A stretch of 64,000 nt of DNA from Candidatus Methylomirabilis sp. (lineage in GTDB: Bacteria > Methylomirabilota > Methylomirabilia > Methylomirabilales > Methylomirabilaceae), in contig JBGPUH010000001.1 of NCBI GenBank assembly GCA_041491025.1, positions 8,043-72,042 on the forward strand, given 5' to 3'. Below are positions 8,399-17,450 of this stretch, piece by piece; within the stretch, counting starts at the first letter, position 1, and every line of letters starts with the position of its first letter. The notes beneath the pieces are model-generated. The model was not told the DNA's origin, did no database searches, and worked only from the letters and a program-made list of their open reading frames with translations. A program made the translations under genes and the position numbers.

Positions 8399-9571
8399 CT
8401 ACGGGGCTCGACGGCTTGTGAAAAAGGTGGTGGCGAGACGCTCCACGGTCTTCGCGTCTCCTTGCCGCGCCAAGTGCGTGAAGTACTGCAGGGCGCAACC
8501 GAGCTCGTCAAAGCGCAGCCCAGTGGCCTTGAGAAACCAGTCCAAGAACGCCAGGTCCCAGTTCACCTGTAGGGCTCGGCCCCCCTCTGGGGTGAGCCGC
8601 TGCAATTGCTCCGAGACGGAGAGTGGCAGCTTCGCGGCGACAAGACCCTCGCCAAGCGCATAGTTCGCATACACGTCGCGTTGGCCGAGTTCAAAATGGA
8701 AGACGTTGACGTTCTGGGTCACGGCCGTCAGACAGGCCATCGGCCCGATGGGTCGGGTCCGCTCGTAGAGCGCCCGGATGCTGTCCGCCGGAACTGGTCG
8801 CGGTGGCACAGTCGTTGACGCAGGCGACGGCGACGGCGCGGGCGTCGGTGTGGGGGCCGCTTGGAAGCGTTCTCGATCGGCGGCGGCTGACTGCCATTGC
8901 GAGGTCTGGTCGTCGATGGCTTGAGGGATCGAAGGCGGCAGCGCCGCCTCGGCCCGATGCAGCAGTATCTCGTAGAGTGTTACGACGGCAGGCAGCAGCT
9001 CTTGCAGATTCGGCCCCCGGCCCGGCGGCAGCGGTCCCCATGTGCCGCGTTCCGTCAGGTCCTTCTGCCAGCGGTCCAATCCAATGACTTGGAACGCCCC
9101 GGCCCTGGTGTCATCTTCCACCCCCAGGTGCAGGGTCAATTCCATGGTCCAGTACAGGTCCGACGTGGGATGCCGGACCACCTTCACCAGCAGCGTGGGC
9201 GTCCACACAAAGTTGATATGGGCCTCCCCCTTCAGCCGAGGCCGTTCCAGCTCGCTCACCACCCGGACGTCTCGGCAGCCATGCGCCTTAAACAGCGCGG
9301 CCAGGTCTCGGGCCAGTGTTTTCTCGAGTGCCCGGACCTGCGGGCCCTCCAGGTGACCCCACCCGGTGCCCTTCAATCGGGGCTGCTGAATCGCCATTCT
9401 CGACGTCCCCGTCGGGCAGGGTCCGCCGGTAAATCTCGCCGCGTGGACCGCAGGACGCTGAGGGGCCGCTGGTAAGGGGGTCTGTGACAATGGGGCGACC
9501 GGGCCAGCGGCCATGCAGGCGGACAGCCCCAAGAGCAGGCCACACCCACCTAGACGGTGCCACATCTTCAT
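8399..9571 (-). CDS. Lipoprotein
   Basis: LGLSAC lipobox; Pro-rich linker; GGAGG RBS; ATGA coupling. Confidence 0.7.
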   Translation of the reverse strand: MKMWHRLGGCGLLLGLSACMAAGPVAPLSQTPLPAAPQRPAVHAARFTGGPCPTGTSRMAIQQPRLKGTGWGHLEGPQVRALEKTLARDLAALFKAHGCRDVRVVSELERPRLKGEAHINFVWTPTLLVKVVRHPTSDLYWTMELTLHLGVEDDTRAGAFQVIGLDRWQKDLTERGTWGPLPPGRGPNLQELLPAVVTLYEILLHRAEAALPPSIPQAIDDQTSQWQSAAADRERFQAAPTPTPAPSPSPASTTVPPRPVPADSIRALYERTRPIGPMACLTAVTQNVNVFHFELGQRDVYANYALGEGLVAAKLPLSVSEQLQRLTPEGGRALQVNWDLAFLDWFLKATGLRFDELGCALQYFTHLARQGDAKTVERLATTFFTSRRAP

Positions 9572-11124
9572 TGGGTTCCTCCTTGTATGCCTGGCATCTG
9601 GATGACCGGCAGGGACGGCGGTGGCGGCGCGGGCGGCATAAACACCTTCTTTGGGGTCCCGATCTGTTCCAGGCGAGCCGCTGTCACCATCCGTTCCTGT
9701 CGGACCAGCAACTTGGTCAACACTGAGACTGGCACGTTGGTCACGACCCCATCGACTACAACACCCGGAGGCACATCGGCGCTCGCCACGGTCTGCGTCT
9801 CCGTGGCCTGGTCGTCCCATCGCGTCGTCCCGTCGGCGGTCATGCCGACCAAGGCGAGTGAAGCCGTATAGGTTACCCCTGACGTAGCGACGGCCGCTGA
9901 CACGGTGAGGGCGACGTGGATGGTGCCTTCGCGAATCCCGCGCGGGACCAGGCGGCCGTCCTGGTCGTCACAGGCGACGTTGTGAGCCAGCAGCAGATGT
10001 TCAAGGACCGCGCCTTCCACTTCCGTGGTGTGGTCCATCGCCTCACGGTTGAGTTGCAGGCCTGGGGCGACGGTGAGGGTGATCGTGGGCCGGCTGACCA
10101 GGAGGGGTTCGCCGACCTGGTCCATGTGGCCGGAGCCGTGCGCCTTGTAGAGCGTATTATCGCTATGCGCGGCCTGGCTGACAGCGCTGAGTGCCCCACC
10201 CACCCCGCGTTGTCCCAGATGCTCCATGAGGCCCACGGCCGAGAGCAGCACCATAAACGGCGAGATCGCTTCCTTAATGAACTCCCGGCGAAGCGTGGCC
10301 GGCCCTCCCCAGAGAGCCGCACGCTCGGCGATATGGGGCGTGCGCGTCGAGAGCGCGACGTCTACTTGGCTCATCAGGACTGGATACAACCCATGGAGCG
10401 TGCGGATCACCGCGTCGACGCGCGTGTCCTGCAACATGACGATCGCCGCGTGCGCCCCTGGCGCCTTGGCCATCGTCCACGGGATATCGACCTTGAGCGC
10501 CTGGGGGGCGGGTGCCGCGAAGCCCGGGTACGACAGGAGTCCCTTGGGAGTCACCTCCTGGAGCGCCAATTCGACTTGCACCTTCACATCCAACGTGCCA
10601 GCGCCTTGCACCACCCCGTATTCGGAGCGCCTCGCCCGGTCGTCATGACTGATCGCCTTCAGAATAATTGAGGGAAAGAGAAGAAAGGAGACCGGGCCCT
10701 CCGTGTAGGTCGTCAGGCTCTGCGTCTCCGGGCGCGCGAGCCAATCTCGGCTGAGCGCTCGGACCTTCACGCGATCCAACCGCAGACCCTCCACCGCCAC
10801 CGGCTCAATGGGGCCCAGGACCCGGCAACCGTGGGCGCGAAGAATCCCGAGGATGTCGCGCATCACGTTCGCCTGGAGCTCGTCCACAACAGGCGTCGGC
10901 AGCATGGTGGAATGCACGTAGCTCATCTTGGGGCGCACGTACGCGATGGTGTAGCGGCCGGTTGGACACACGCCTGGCCGCGCAGACCAGGTGCGAAGTG
11001 CCAGACTCGGCAGCGTGTCCACTGGGGGCGGAGGGGGCCCAGACGTCCGCGGTGGTCGCGACGGGATCCCCATACATCCCGACAAGACAATCAGTAGTAA
11101 GGGAAACCACACACGCCGATTCAC
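9568..11124 (-). CDS. Large lipoprotein
   Basis: IVLSGC lipobox; GTGA coupling. Confidence 0.7.
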   Translation of the reverse strand: MNRRVWFPLLLIVLSGCMGIPSRPPRTSGPPPPPVDTLPSLALRTWSARPGVCPTGRYTIAYVRPKMSYVHSTMLPTPVVDELQANVMRDILGILRAHGCRVLGPIEPVAVEGLRLDRVKVRALSRDWLARPETQSLTTYTEGPVSFLLFPSIILKAISHDDRARRSEYGVVQGAGTLDVKVQVELALQEVTPKGLLSYPGFAAPAPQALKVDIPWTMAKAPGAHAAIVMLQDTRVDAVIRTLHGLYPVLMSQVDVALSTRTPHIAERAALWGGPATLRREFIKEAISPFMVLLSAVGLMEHLGQRGVGGALSAVSQAAHSDNTLYKAHGSGHMDQVGEPLLVSRPTITLTVAPGLQLNREAMDHTTEVEGAVLEHLLLAHNVACDDQDGRLVPRGIREGTIHVALTVSAAVATSGVTYTASLALVGMTADGTTRWDDQATETQTVASADVPPGVVVDGVVTNVPVSVLTKLLVRQERMVTAARLEQIGTPKKVFMPPAPPPPSLPVIQMPGIQGGTQ

Positions 11125-11618
11125 TTGAGTTGCCCCTTCCCTTCCCTCTCTTCTAATGATACCTGTGGTCCCATGGCCTCGAGCGCCTTGGCCCGCGCAG
11201 GATCGAGCTGCCTGAGCTGGTCGAGGTCTTGGGCCCATGACTGCCGCAACAGCTGTTGATACGCCGGGTTCTGCAACAGTGACGTCTTCGCGGGGTTTTC
11301 GAGATCCTTCTTGACCATCATGAGGCTCTTCATGAGCGACTTGATATCTGAGGCGCGTGCCACCACCTCATTGAGCAGTCCGGCCGCACGGGCCTGCTCG
11401 CGCACGGCACGATAGGCGGCTGGAGAATGCTGCGGGTTCTCAGCCAGGTTTACCAGCTCACCGGCCAGCCGCTGGATCTGCTGTTGCACCTCCGGCGTGG
11501 ACGAGGGCGGCTGATCGGAGGCCATCGCACCAAGAGACCCACTCAATCCGATGAACAGGGCGAGCAGCCCAAGAAACAGCCCCACGTTCCGAATCGCGTT
11601 CATCTTCTCGCTCCTCAC
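11121..11618 (-). CDS. Secreted helical protein
   Basis: Signal peptide; operon packing. Confidence 0.65.
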   Translation of the reverse strand: MRSEKMNAIRNVGLFLGLLALFIGLSGSLGAMASDQPPSSTPEVQQQIQRLAGELVNLAENPQHSPAAYRAVREQARAAGLLNEVVARASDIKSLMKSLMMVKKDLENPAKTSLLQNPAYQQLLRQSWAQDLDQLRQLDPARAKALEAMGPQVSLEEREGKGQLK

Positions 11619-11625
11619 ATAGATC

Positions 11626-12783
11626 TTATTTCAATTCTAACGGTCCCAACGTATCCAGATAGGCATTGATGCTCTCGCGAAGCTTGAGGCGATTCTCCCG
11701 GTGTAGGCGGACCACATAGTTCAGGGTGGCGGCCACGCGCCGTTCGACAGCGGACATCGGCACACCCTCCAACTCCCTTGACGAATCCATGAGCGTCACG
11801 CGCTCGGACGTCTCCGGGGGCAACGGCTGGAACATGAGCCACGTGAACCAGGGCGTCGGCAAAAACGCAATCCCCTTAAAGGCGTACAGGATGCGGTTCC
11901 GAACGGCCACGCTGCGACGCACCGCCTGCTGGGACAGTTCTCGATTGATCTCGACTGGGAATACCGCAGAGAGGTGTCCGATCGTATTCGGCCGCGACGC
12001 GCACACCTTGTAACTGGCCCCGACGCTTTGGGCCACACGAAACCTCTTCCAAGATCCCTCGCATGATGGCACTAGAGAAGAAGGAGAGACTGGTCCGTTG
12101 GGCGACGCCAGCTTGCCTGGCATGACGGCAATCGGCGGCAGCGCGACCGTTTGCGGAACGCTGTGTTTGATGAGACACTTCATCTCTGGCAACCCAAGGC
12201 CCCACTCCTCGGCCAACCGAGCTCCGATGATCCCCGCGGCGAAGGCGAGTTGTTCTGTGTGTGGCGCCAGACGTTGCGTCACAACATCCCTCAGCAGTGT
12301 CGCCCCGGTTCGCACGTCGCTGACCTCAAATTGGACCATGAAGATCGGACCCCTGAGGTCTACGACTCCCGGCCCCCTTTTGGGCGGCTTTAAGACCATC
12401 GCCTCTTGCGTGGTTCCAAAGCGCATCGTGCCTGACAACACCATCGCGGTCCCCTGCATTGCGTCTACACTTCGATCGCGCACCACTCGAGGGGCACCTG
12501 GCCGACACCCCAGATTCCGCTCGATTGACTCACGAAGGGTGGTCGCGTCAGAAATCTCCAAAAGTGGGTCCTTGTTGGGCTGAACAAGGAATGGTTCGAT
12601 TCGCAGTGACCACGAGGGATCAATGGGCACGGACGGCGCGACACGCACGGAATCGACTCGATTGCCTTCATCGTGTGGCGTTCTTGCTATCAGCAGCGGG
12701 TGTTCATTAGAGTGGACCGTCGAGACAGATCCACTTACGCAGAGAACAAGGAGCCCGACGGCCATCAGAGCCTTTTTCATCAT
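11626..12783 (-). CDS. Secreted protein
   Basis: MMKKALMAVGLLVLC signal peptide; ATGA coupling. Confidence 0.7.
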   Translation of the reverse strand: MMKKALMAVGLLVLCVSGSVSTVHSNEHPLLIARTPHDEGNRVDSVRVAPSVPIDPSWSLRIEPFLVQPNKDPLLEISDATTLRESIERNLGCRPGAPRVVRDRSVDAMQGTAMVLSGTMRFGTTQEAMVLKPPKRGPGVVDLRGPIFMVQFEVSDVRTGATLLRDVVTQRLAPHTEQLAFAAGIIGARLAEEWGLGLPEMKCLIKHSVPQTVALPPIAVMPGKLASPNGPVSPSSLVPSCEGSWKRFRVAQSVGASYKVCASRPNTIGHLSAVFPVEINRELSQQAVRRSVAVRNRILYAFKGIAFLPTPWFTWLMFQPLPPETSERVTLMDSSRELEGVPMSAVERRVAATLNYVVRLHRENRLKLRESINAYLDTLGPLELK

Positions 12784-13598
12784 CGTCCTTCCCCCTTCTG
12801 CATGGCATTCAACGCCCCTCGCACATCCCCCCAGAGTGTCGCGTCCTCCTGGAACAACACGACCAGTGGAGCGGCCAGCTTGCCACACGCTTCATCCCGA
12901 TGGGCCTGGTCCGGCACACGTCCTACGCGAAGGAACGCTGCGAGCCCCGGCTGATGAAGCGATGGATGGGCCCCCTGAGGCCACTGCTCGGTCACACGCC
13001 CGGAGAACGCCAGGGGCAAGTAGTGGACGGCCTGGAACCCGACTGTAGTCTGCTCAAAGAGCGCCTTGGCCACAGTGGTATAGACGAAGAGGTTCAACTC
13101 CTCGAGACTGTCAGACTCCTGCCACACCGGACGATCATCGAACACCACCTTCGTGTGCGCCGCGCCGATGGACCGAGCGCCTGGGGATGGTGCCGGCACT
13201 GGCGTCTCAGCCTTCGGCTTCAGCGGGGCTAGCTTGCGTGGGGCACGAGCCTCCGCACTCCGCCGCTCAGCCAGCACCTGCGCCGCGGGTTTGAGCTCCC
13301 CGGTTAAGGTCACGCCGTACGTTTCATACCGTGCGGATCCCGTCCCGAGATTCAGTGGGCGCAGCGTGAGGCCCTCAGGCTTCGCGGCCTTTAGCTTGTT
13401 ATAAATACATGTCCCGAGCTCTCGCAGACCCTCATCTCGGGTTTCAGGCTGTGGGCGCAGCTCCCGCACCGCGAACGTTAGACTTGCGGCGTAGGGCCCT
13501 GGGACAGTCGGCAGCGGCGCGGCCAACGCGGACCTTCCAACAACGAGGCTGGTCATGGTGATCATCAGAAGGATCATCCTCGTGATGACGCGATGCAC
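12780..13598 (-). CDS. Secreted protein
   Basis: Signal peptide ending ALA; AAGGAGGTGA RBS. Confidence 0.7.
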   Translation of the reverse strand: MHRVITRMILLMITMTSLVVGRSALAAPLPTVPGPYAASLTFAVRELRPQPETRDEGLRELGTCIYNKLKAAKPEGLTLRPLNLGTGSARYETYGVTLTGELKPAAQVLAERRSAEARAPRKLAPLKPKAETPVPAPSPGARSIGAAHTKVVFDDRPVWQESDSLEELNLFVYTTVAKALFEQTTVGFQAVHYLPLAFSGRVTEQWPQGAHPSLHQPGLAAFLRVGRVPDQAHRDEACGKLAAPLVVLFQEDATLWGDVRGALNAMQKGEGR

Positions 13599-13601
13599 GA
13601 T

Positions 13602-13841
13602 TCACCTCCTTACGGCTGGACGCGAGGCAGGAGCTGAGGCAGGCTTCGTGGGAGCCTTTGGGCATCCATAGCCAAAACAGAGGCTCCCTTTATTTGAGCC
13701 GACACTCGCACCACTGCCGGAGCCCGCAGACGCGCCAGCGGTGTTCGCCGCCACTGGCTTTTTGGAGCCTGCGCAGCCGGCGATGGCGAGGGACAACGAG
13801 ACAGCCATGACTCTGGTCACCACCAGCCACCGCGGCGTCAT
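13602..13841 (-). CDS. Small Gly/Ser-rich lipoprotein
   Basis: LAIAGC lipobox; CFGYGC; ATGA coupling. Confidence 0.6.
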   Translation of the reverse strand: MTPRWLVVTRVMAVSLSLAIAGCAGSKKPVAANTAGASAGSGSGASVGSNKGSLCFGYGCPKAPTKPASAPASRPAVRR

Positions 13842-14056
13842 TCCTCGCCCTTCTCGCCCTGCCAGGCGTGCCACAGCAGCTTGCCTGTGGCCACGGCCAC
13901 CACGCGCACTGGCTCCATGACCTGGCGCTCGATCGCGGCCATCGGAGTACGAGGGGCCACCAGCTGCACCGGCTGCACAAACGCCACGCCCACAATAAGG
14001 GGCAACACGCGCAGAACCGTTTTCATCGACATGCTCACTCCCATAAACACTTTCAT
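13838..14056 (-). CDS. Small membrane protein
   Basis: AGGAGG RBS; hydrophobic N-terminus. Confidence 0.55.
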   Translation of the reverse strand: MKVFMGVSMSMKTVLRVLPLIVGVAFVQPVQLVAPRTPMAAIERQVMEPVRVVAVATGKLLWHAWQGEKGEE

Positions 14057-14082
14057 AGCTGTCCTCCTGTGCTCCGCTGCTG

Positions 14083-14478
14083 TCAGCGGTGTGTGCCACC
14101 GGATGGTGGAGGTACTGGCGGTTGGTGTCCAGATGGCGAAGGCGCCGGGGGCTGGTGTCGTCGCGTAGGGGGCCGGTCATGGAGCTTCGACACCTTGTGC
14201 CACTCCCAGCCACGCTCGACGTACACGACCGTGCGCTCCCGCAGCCAGCGCTCATACCCAATCTGATCTTGCACCCTGGCCAGGAGATCTCCTGTGCCCG
14301 TAAGAAAGGCCGGCTCAGGCTTATGTACCCAGGGGGCATAGCACCCCACCGCCTCACAGGAGAGGATGGGATGCACTTGGGAAAAGAGGGGTGGGGGCGG
14401 CGCGTGGTAGACGCAGCCCGCGATCACGACGGTCACGATCACTAGGACGACCATGCGTACACGCCTCACGGTGTTCAT
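14083..14478 (-). CDS. Lipoprotein
   Basis: VVIAGC lipobox; ATGA coupling. Confidence 0.6.
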   Translation of the reverse strand: MNTVRRVRMVVLVIVTVVIAGCVYHAPPPPLFSQVHPILSCEAVGCYAPWVHKPEPAFLTGTGDLLARVQDQIGYERWLRERTVVYVERGWEWHKVSKLHDRPPTRRHQPPAPSPSGHQPPVPPPSGGTHR

Positions 14479-15230
14479 GGCTTCACTCCCTTTTCGACTG
14501 AAGGTTGTGAGTCACTAGTAGGAGGTTGTTTATTCGTGGGTGCAGCCTGATCTGGCGACGGCTTCTGCCATCCCGCGGCCAACTGGGCGAGCTTCTCGCC
14601 GCTGAGCGCGCCTGAGATCTGCTGCATCAGCCGTGGGTAGAGGGCGTCCGCGACCTGCGACACCACCGGGTCGTGTGGATCCCGGCGCATCCCTGGATCG
14701 AGCGCGAGTGTATAGCGATCCTCCCAGGGGGAGGCGTCAGACGCGGCCTGGACCGTTGTCTCCCAGACGGTGGTGTTGGCCGCCCCCTTGCCGATGAGGA
14801 CCGCCGTCCCGTGCAGTACCACCGTCTGTTTCTCGCCCGCCTGGCCGTGTTCAGCATACAATCGCAGCAACACGACAAGTTCGCCATCGAGGGAGAGAGG
14901 GGCAAGTTGGCGCGGAGGTGAGAGATCGATGGTGGCGACGGTGTGGCCACGCGTCGAGAGGAGCATCGAGAGGTCCTCTCGTAGGGAGCGCGTCCACGCG
15001 TCAAGCAGCGCATTTGACAGGTAGGCGGCTTTGGCGCCGGCGCCATCCCCAGTCTCCTGGTTGACCCCCCGCTTGGTATGGACGGTGAGGGCAAGGGTGA
15101 GGGACTGGCGCGATGGTGCTGTTGGGGCTGTGGGGCTACTGGAATCGGAGGACCACCAGTCTAAAATTGAGCACCCGGTCAACATGATGAGGGCTACACA
15201 TAAAACACTCAGAAGAATCTTCCTGCTCAT
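14475..15230 (-). CDS. Lipoprotein
   Basis: IMLTGC lipobox; AAGGAAGG RBS; ATGA coupling. Confidence 0.7.
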   Translation of the reverse strand: MSRKILLSVLCVALIMLTGCSILDWWSSDSSSPTAPTAPSRQSLTLALTVHTKRGVNQETGDGAGAKAAYLSNALLDAWTRSLREDLSMLLSTRGHTVATIDLSPPRQLAPLSLDGELVVLLRLYAEHGQAGEKQTVVLHGTAVLIGKGAANTTVWETTVQAASDASPWEDRYTLALDPGMRRDPHDPVVSQVADALYPRLMQQISGALSGEKLAQLAAGWQKPSPDQAAPTNKQPPTSDSQPSVEKGVKP

Positions 15231-15460
15231 GGGGCCGCCTTCCTTTCCATCGCCTGGTGCCGCCGGACGCTTTTCTGCCAACCGTTCCACGCGCGCGAAT
15301 CGTCTGGCGTCCACCCCCGTTCACCGTGCTGGCAAAACATGGCAGTTTTTCCCCCAAGTGTGACCGCCGGAACAAACTGGCCGCACTCGTGAGGGGAGAT
15401 ACAGTGCCGCCAGGATGACCGGCGAGGTCCTGTGGGCTGTCCATCACCTGGGATGTGCAT
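15227..15460 (-). CDS. Small Cys/His-containing protein
   Basis: Fills the gap between coupled genes; C..PHEC...CQH. Confidence 0.45.
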   Translation of the reverse strand: MHIPGDGQPTGPRRSSWRHCISPHECGQFVPAVTLGGKTAMFCQHGERGWTPDDSRAWNGWQKSVRRHQAMERKAAP

Positions 15461-15462
15461 CG

Positions 15463-16683
15463 TTATCGTCCTCTCTTTGTAACTGAAGCTGGGGATATCC
15501 GTGGTTCTCGTTGGAAGGATGGTGGCAGATCCTTCATACCGATAAAGGTCCCTTGTGTCAGCAAGACCGCGTGTTCGAGTGTGCGGGCCAGCTCCCGGAC
15601 GTTCCCGGGCCAGTCGTGTTGAAAGAGGGCCACCTGCGCTTGACGAGAAAGCCCCTTCACGTGTTTCCCTGTCCGGCCGTTCAGGATGGTGAGAAAGTGC
15701 TGACACAGGAGCGGCACATCATCCTTGCGATCGCGCAAGGCGGGCAGGTGGATCTCGATCGTGTTGAGACGATGGTAGAGATCCTGGCGAAACCGTCCGT
15801 CCGTGACCCACTCCCGCAATCGCCGGTTCGTCGCCGCAATGACGCGCACGTCGAGCATGATCGACGTCGGAGAGCCGACCCGCTGGATCTCTCCGCTCTC
15901 GAGGACCCGCAGGAGTTTAGGTTGCAGCGTCGAGGACATCTCGGAGACCTCATCGAGAAAGATCGTGCCGCCTTTGGCGGCCTCAAAGAGGCCCCGCTTC
16001 GTCCTGAGCGCGCCAGTAAAGGCGCCGCGCTCGTGGCCGAACAGTTCGCTCTCCGCCAGCGTCTCGGTCATGGCGGCGCAGTTCCAGGGAATGAAGGGGG
16101 CGGCGGCGCGCGGGCTGAGCGTATGAAGGGCGCGGGCGATCATCTCTTTGCCCGTGCCGGTTTCGCCGGTGATGACGAGCGTCCTAAAGTGCGTGGCCAG
16201 GCGACGGACGAGTGAGAAGACCTCCAGCATGCGCGGGTTCCTGCCGACCATCCCATGAAACTGGTGGGCGGTCTCGAGCTGCCGCTGGAGCACCCCGACA
16301 TGGCTGCGAAGGGCGCGCTGCGTTGTGATCTCCCCCAGGATCCCCAAGAGTTTGGCCTGGTCCAGCGGCTTCGTTAGATAGTCGAGGGCACCTCGTTTGA
16401 CGGCCGAGACGGCCTGTTCAACGCTGGCCTTCCGGCTAAGAAGCAGGACCTCGATGAGAGGATCATGGTTTTTGATCGCCGTTAGCAGCTCCAGGCCATT
16501 GACGCCGGGCATCGTCACATCCGCGATGAGCACGTCCGCCACGTGGCGCGTAACGTACTCCAGGACCGCTCGCCCATCACCTAACACCGTCAGGTCAAAG
16601 GTCCTGTGTGAGAGCGCCCGTCGGAGCACCGTGCGTGCTCGTGGGTCGTCATCAACCACCACGATGTGTATCCGTGATCCCAT
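15463..16683 (-). CDS. Sigma-54-dependent response regulator (NtrC/AtoC/PilR family) without C-terminal HTH
   Basis: Receiver VDDD...IADVTMP...KP; GETGTGKE, ESELFGHERGAFTGA, FLDEV, FRQDLYHRL, WPGNVREL. Confidence 0.93.
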   Translation of the reverse strand: MGSRIHIVVVDDDPRARTVLRRALSHRTFDLTVLGDGRAVLEYVTRHVADVLIADVTMPGVNGLELLTAIKNHDPLIEVLLLSRKASVEQAVSAVKRGALDYLTKPLDQAKLLGILGEITTQRALRSHVGVLQRQLETAHQFHGMVGRNPRMLEVFSLVRRLATHFRTLVITGETGTGKEMIARALHTLSPRAAAPFIPWNCAAMTETLAESELFGHERGAFTGALRTKRGLFEAAKGGTIFLDEVSEMSSTLQPKLLRVLESGEIQRVGSPTSIMLDVRVIAATNRRLREWVTDGRFRQDLYHRLNTIEIHLPALRDRKDDVPLLCQHFLTILNGRTGKHVKGLSRQAQVALFQHDWPGNVRELARTLEHAVLLTQGTFIGMKDLPPSFQREPRISPASVTKRGR

Positions 16684-16702
16684 AGTCTCCCTGTGGGCTC
16701 CC

Positions 16703-17119
16703 CTACATTCCACAGATCCACTCGATGCCGGCGTAGGCGTCCTGGATGACTACATCGCCGTCATTTTTGACGTACACGCTGAAGACCCCCCGCCATAGTC
16801 CTGAGCGGGCGATCCAGGCGCCTGGTGGTGTCGTTGAAGTGTAGTCGTTGCCATCGGCAATTCGCATCTCGCTCTTACCAGACGCAAAGCAGTCGGGCCG
16901 AGGCAGTAGGAAGTTCACGGCGCGGGCGTCGCCTGGGTTCAGCAACCCGAGAGGCGCTTGACATGTGCCGCCATTGTCCATGATAAACGGGTTGTACTGG
17001 CCATTGTGAGGGCATTGAAACGTCACTACCACCACTTCGGCCGACGCGGGCGCAACTGCCGCCAGCACGATCACCGACGCGAGAACCAGACTTCCGACCA
17101 CACTTCCGATCGTCTTCAT
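16703..17119 (-). CDS. Secreted Cys-containing protein
   Basis: Signal peptide ending ASA; four Cys; GGAGG RBS. Confidence 0.65.
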   Translation of the reverse strand: MKTIGSVVGSLVLASVIVLAAVAPASAEVVVVTFQCPHNGQYNPFIMDNGGTCQAPLGLLNPGDARAVNFLLPRPDCFASGKSEMRIADGNDYTSTTPPGAWIARSGLWRGVFSVYVKNDGDVVIQDAYAGIEWICGM

Positions 17120-17203
17120 GTTCTTCCTCCTTCGCGAGCCAGTGGATTGTTGCTCAACAGCGCCTGGCCGCAGACACGCCGTCGAGATACCGACCACCCG
17201 ACC

Positions 17204-17440
17204 TTACCGCCGTTCTCCGGGCCCACAGCGTGGTGGATCGTCGGGCACGCCTGGGAAGAGCTGTGGGTACTGTGGGGCAACCTGGCGCTCGATACACGCG
17301 GGCGGTGCGACTGACAGATGTTTGCCCACCCAGCCGATCGGCGTCAGCACGACCAACACCGCAAGGGGTACGAGCAATTGCGACAGGCTCAGGAGGAGTA
17401 CGACCATGATCGACACTGCTCCTTTCTGTTGTTGGCGCAT
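17204..17440 (-). CDS. Small pilin-like protein
   Basis: MRQQQKG/AVSIMVVLLL class III-like signal directly after pilX. Confidence 0.45.
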   Translation of the reverse strand: MRQQQKGAVSIMVVLLLSLSQLLVPLAVLVVLTPIGWVGKHLSVAPPACIERQVAPQYPQLFPGVPDDPPRCGPGERR

Positions 17441-17450
17441 GGAAAATACT

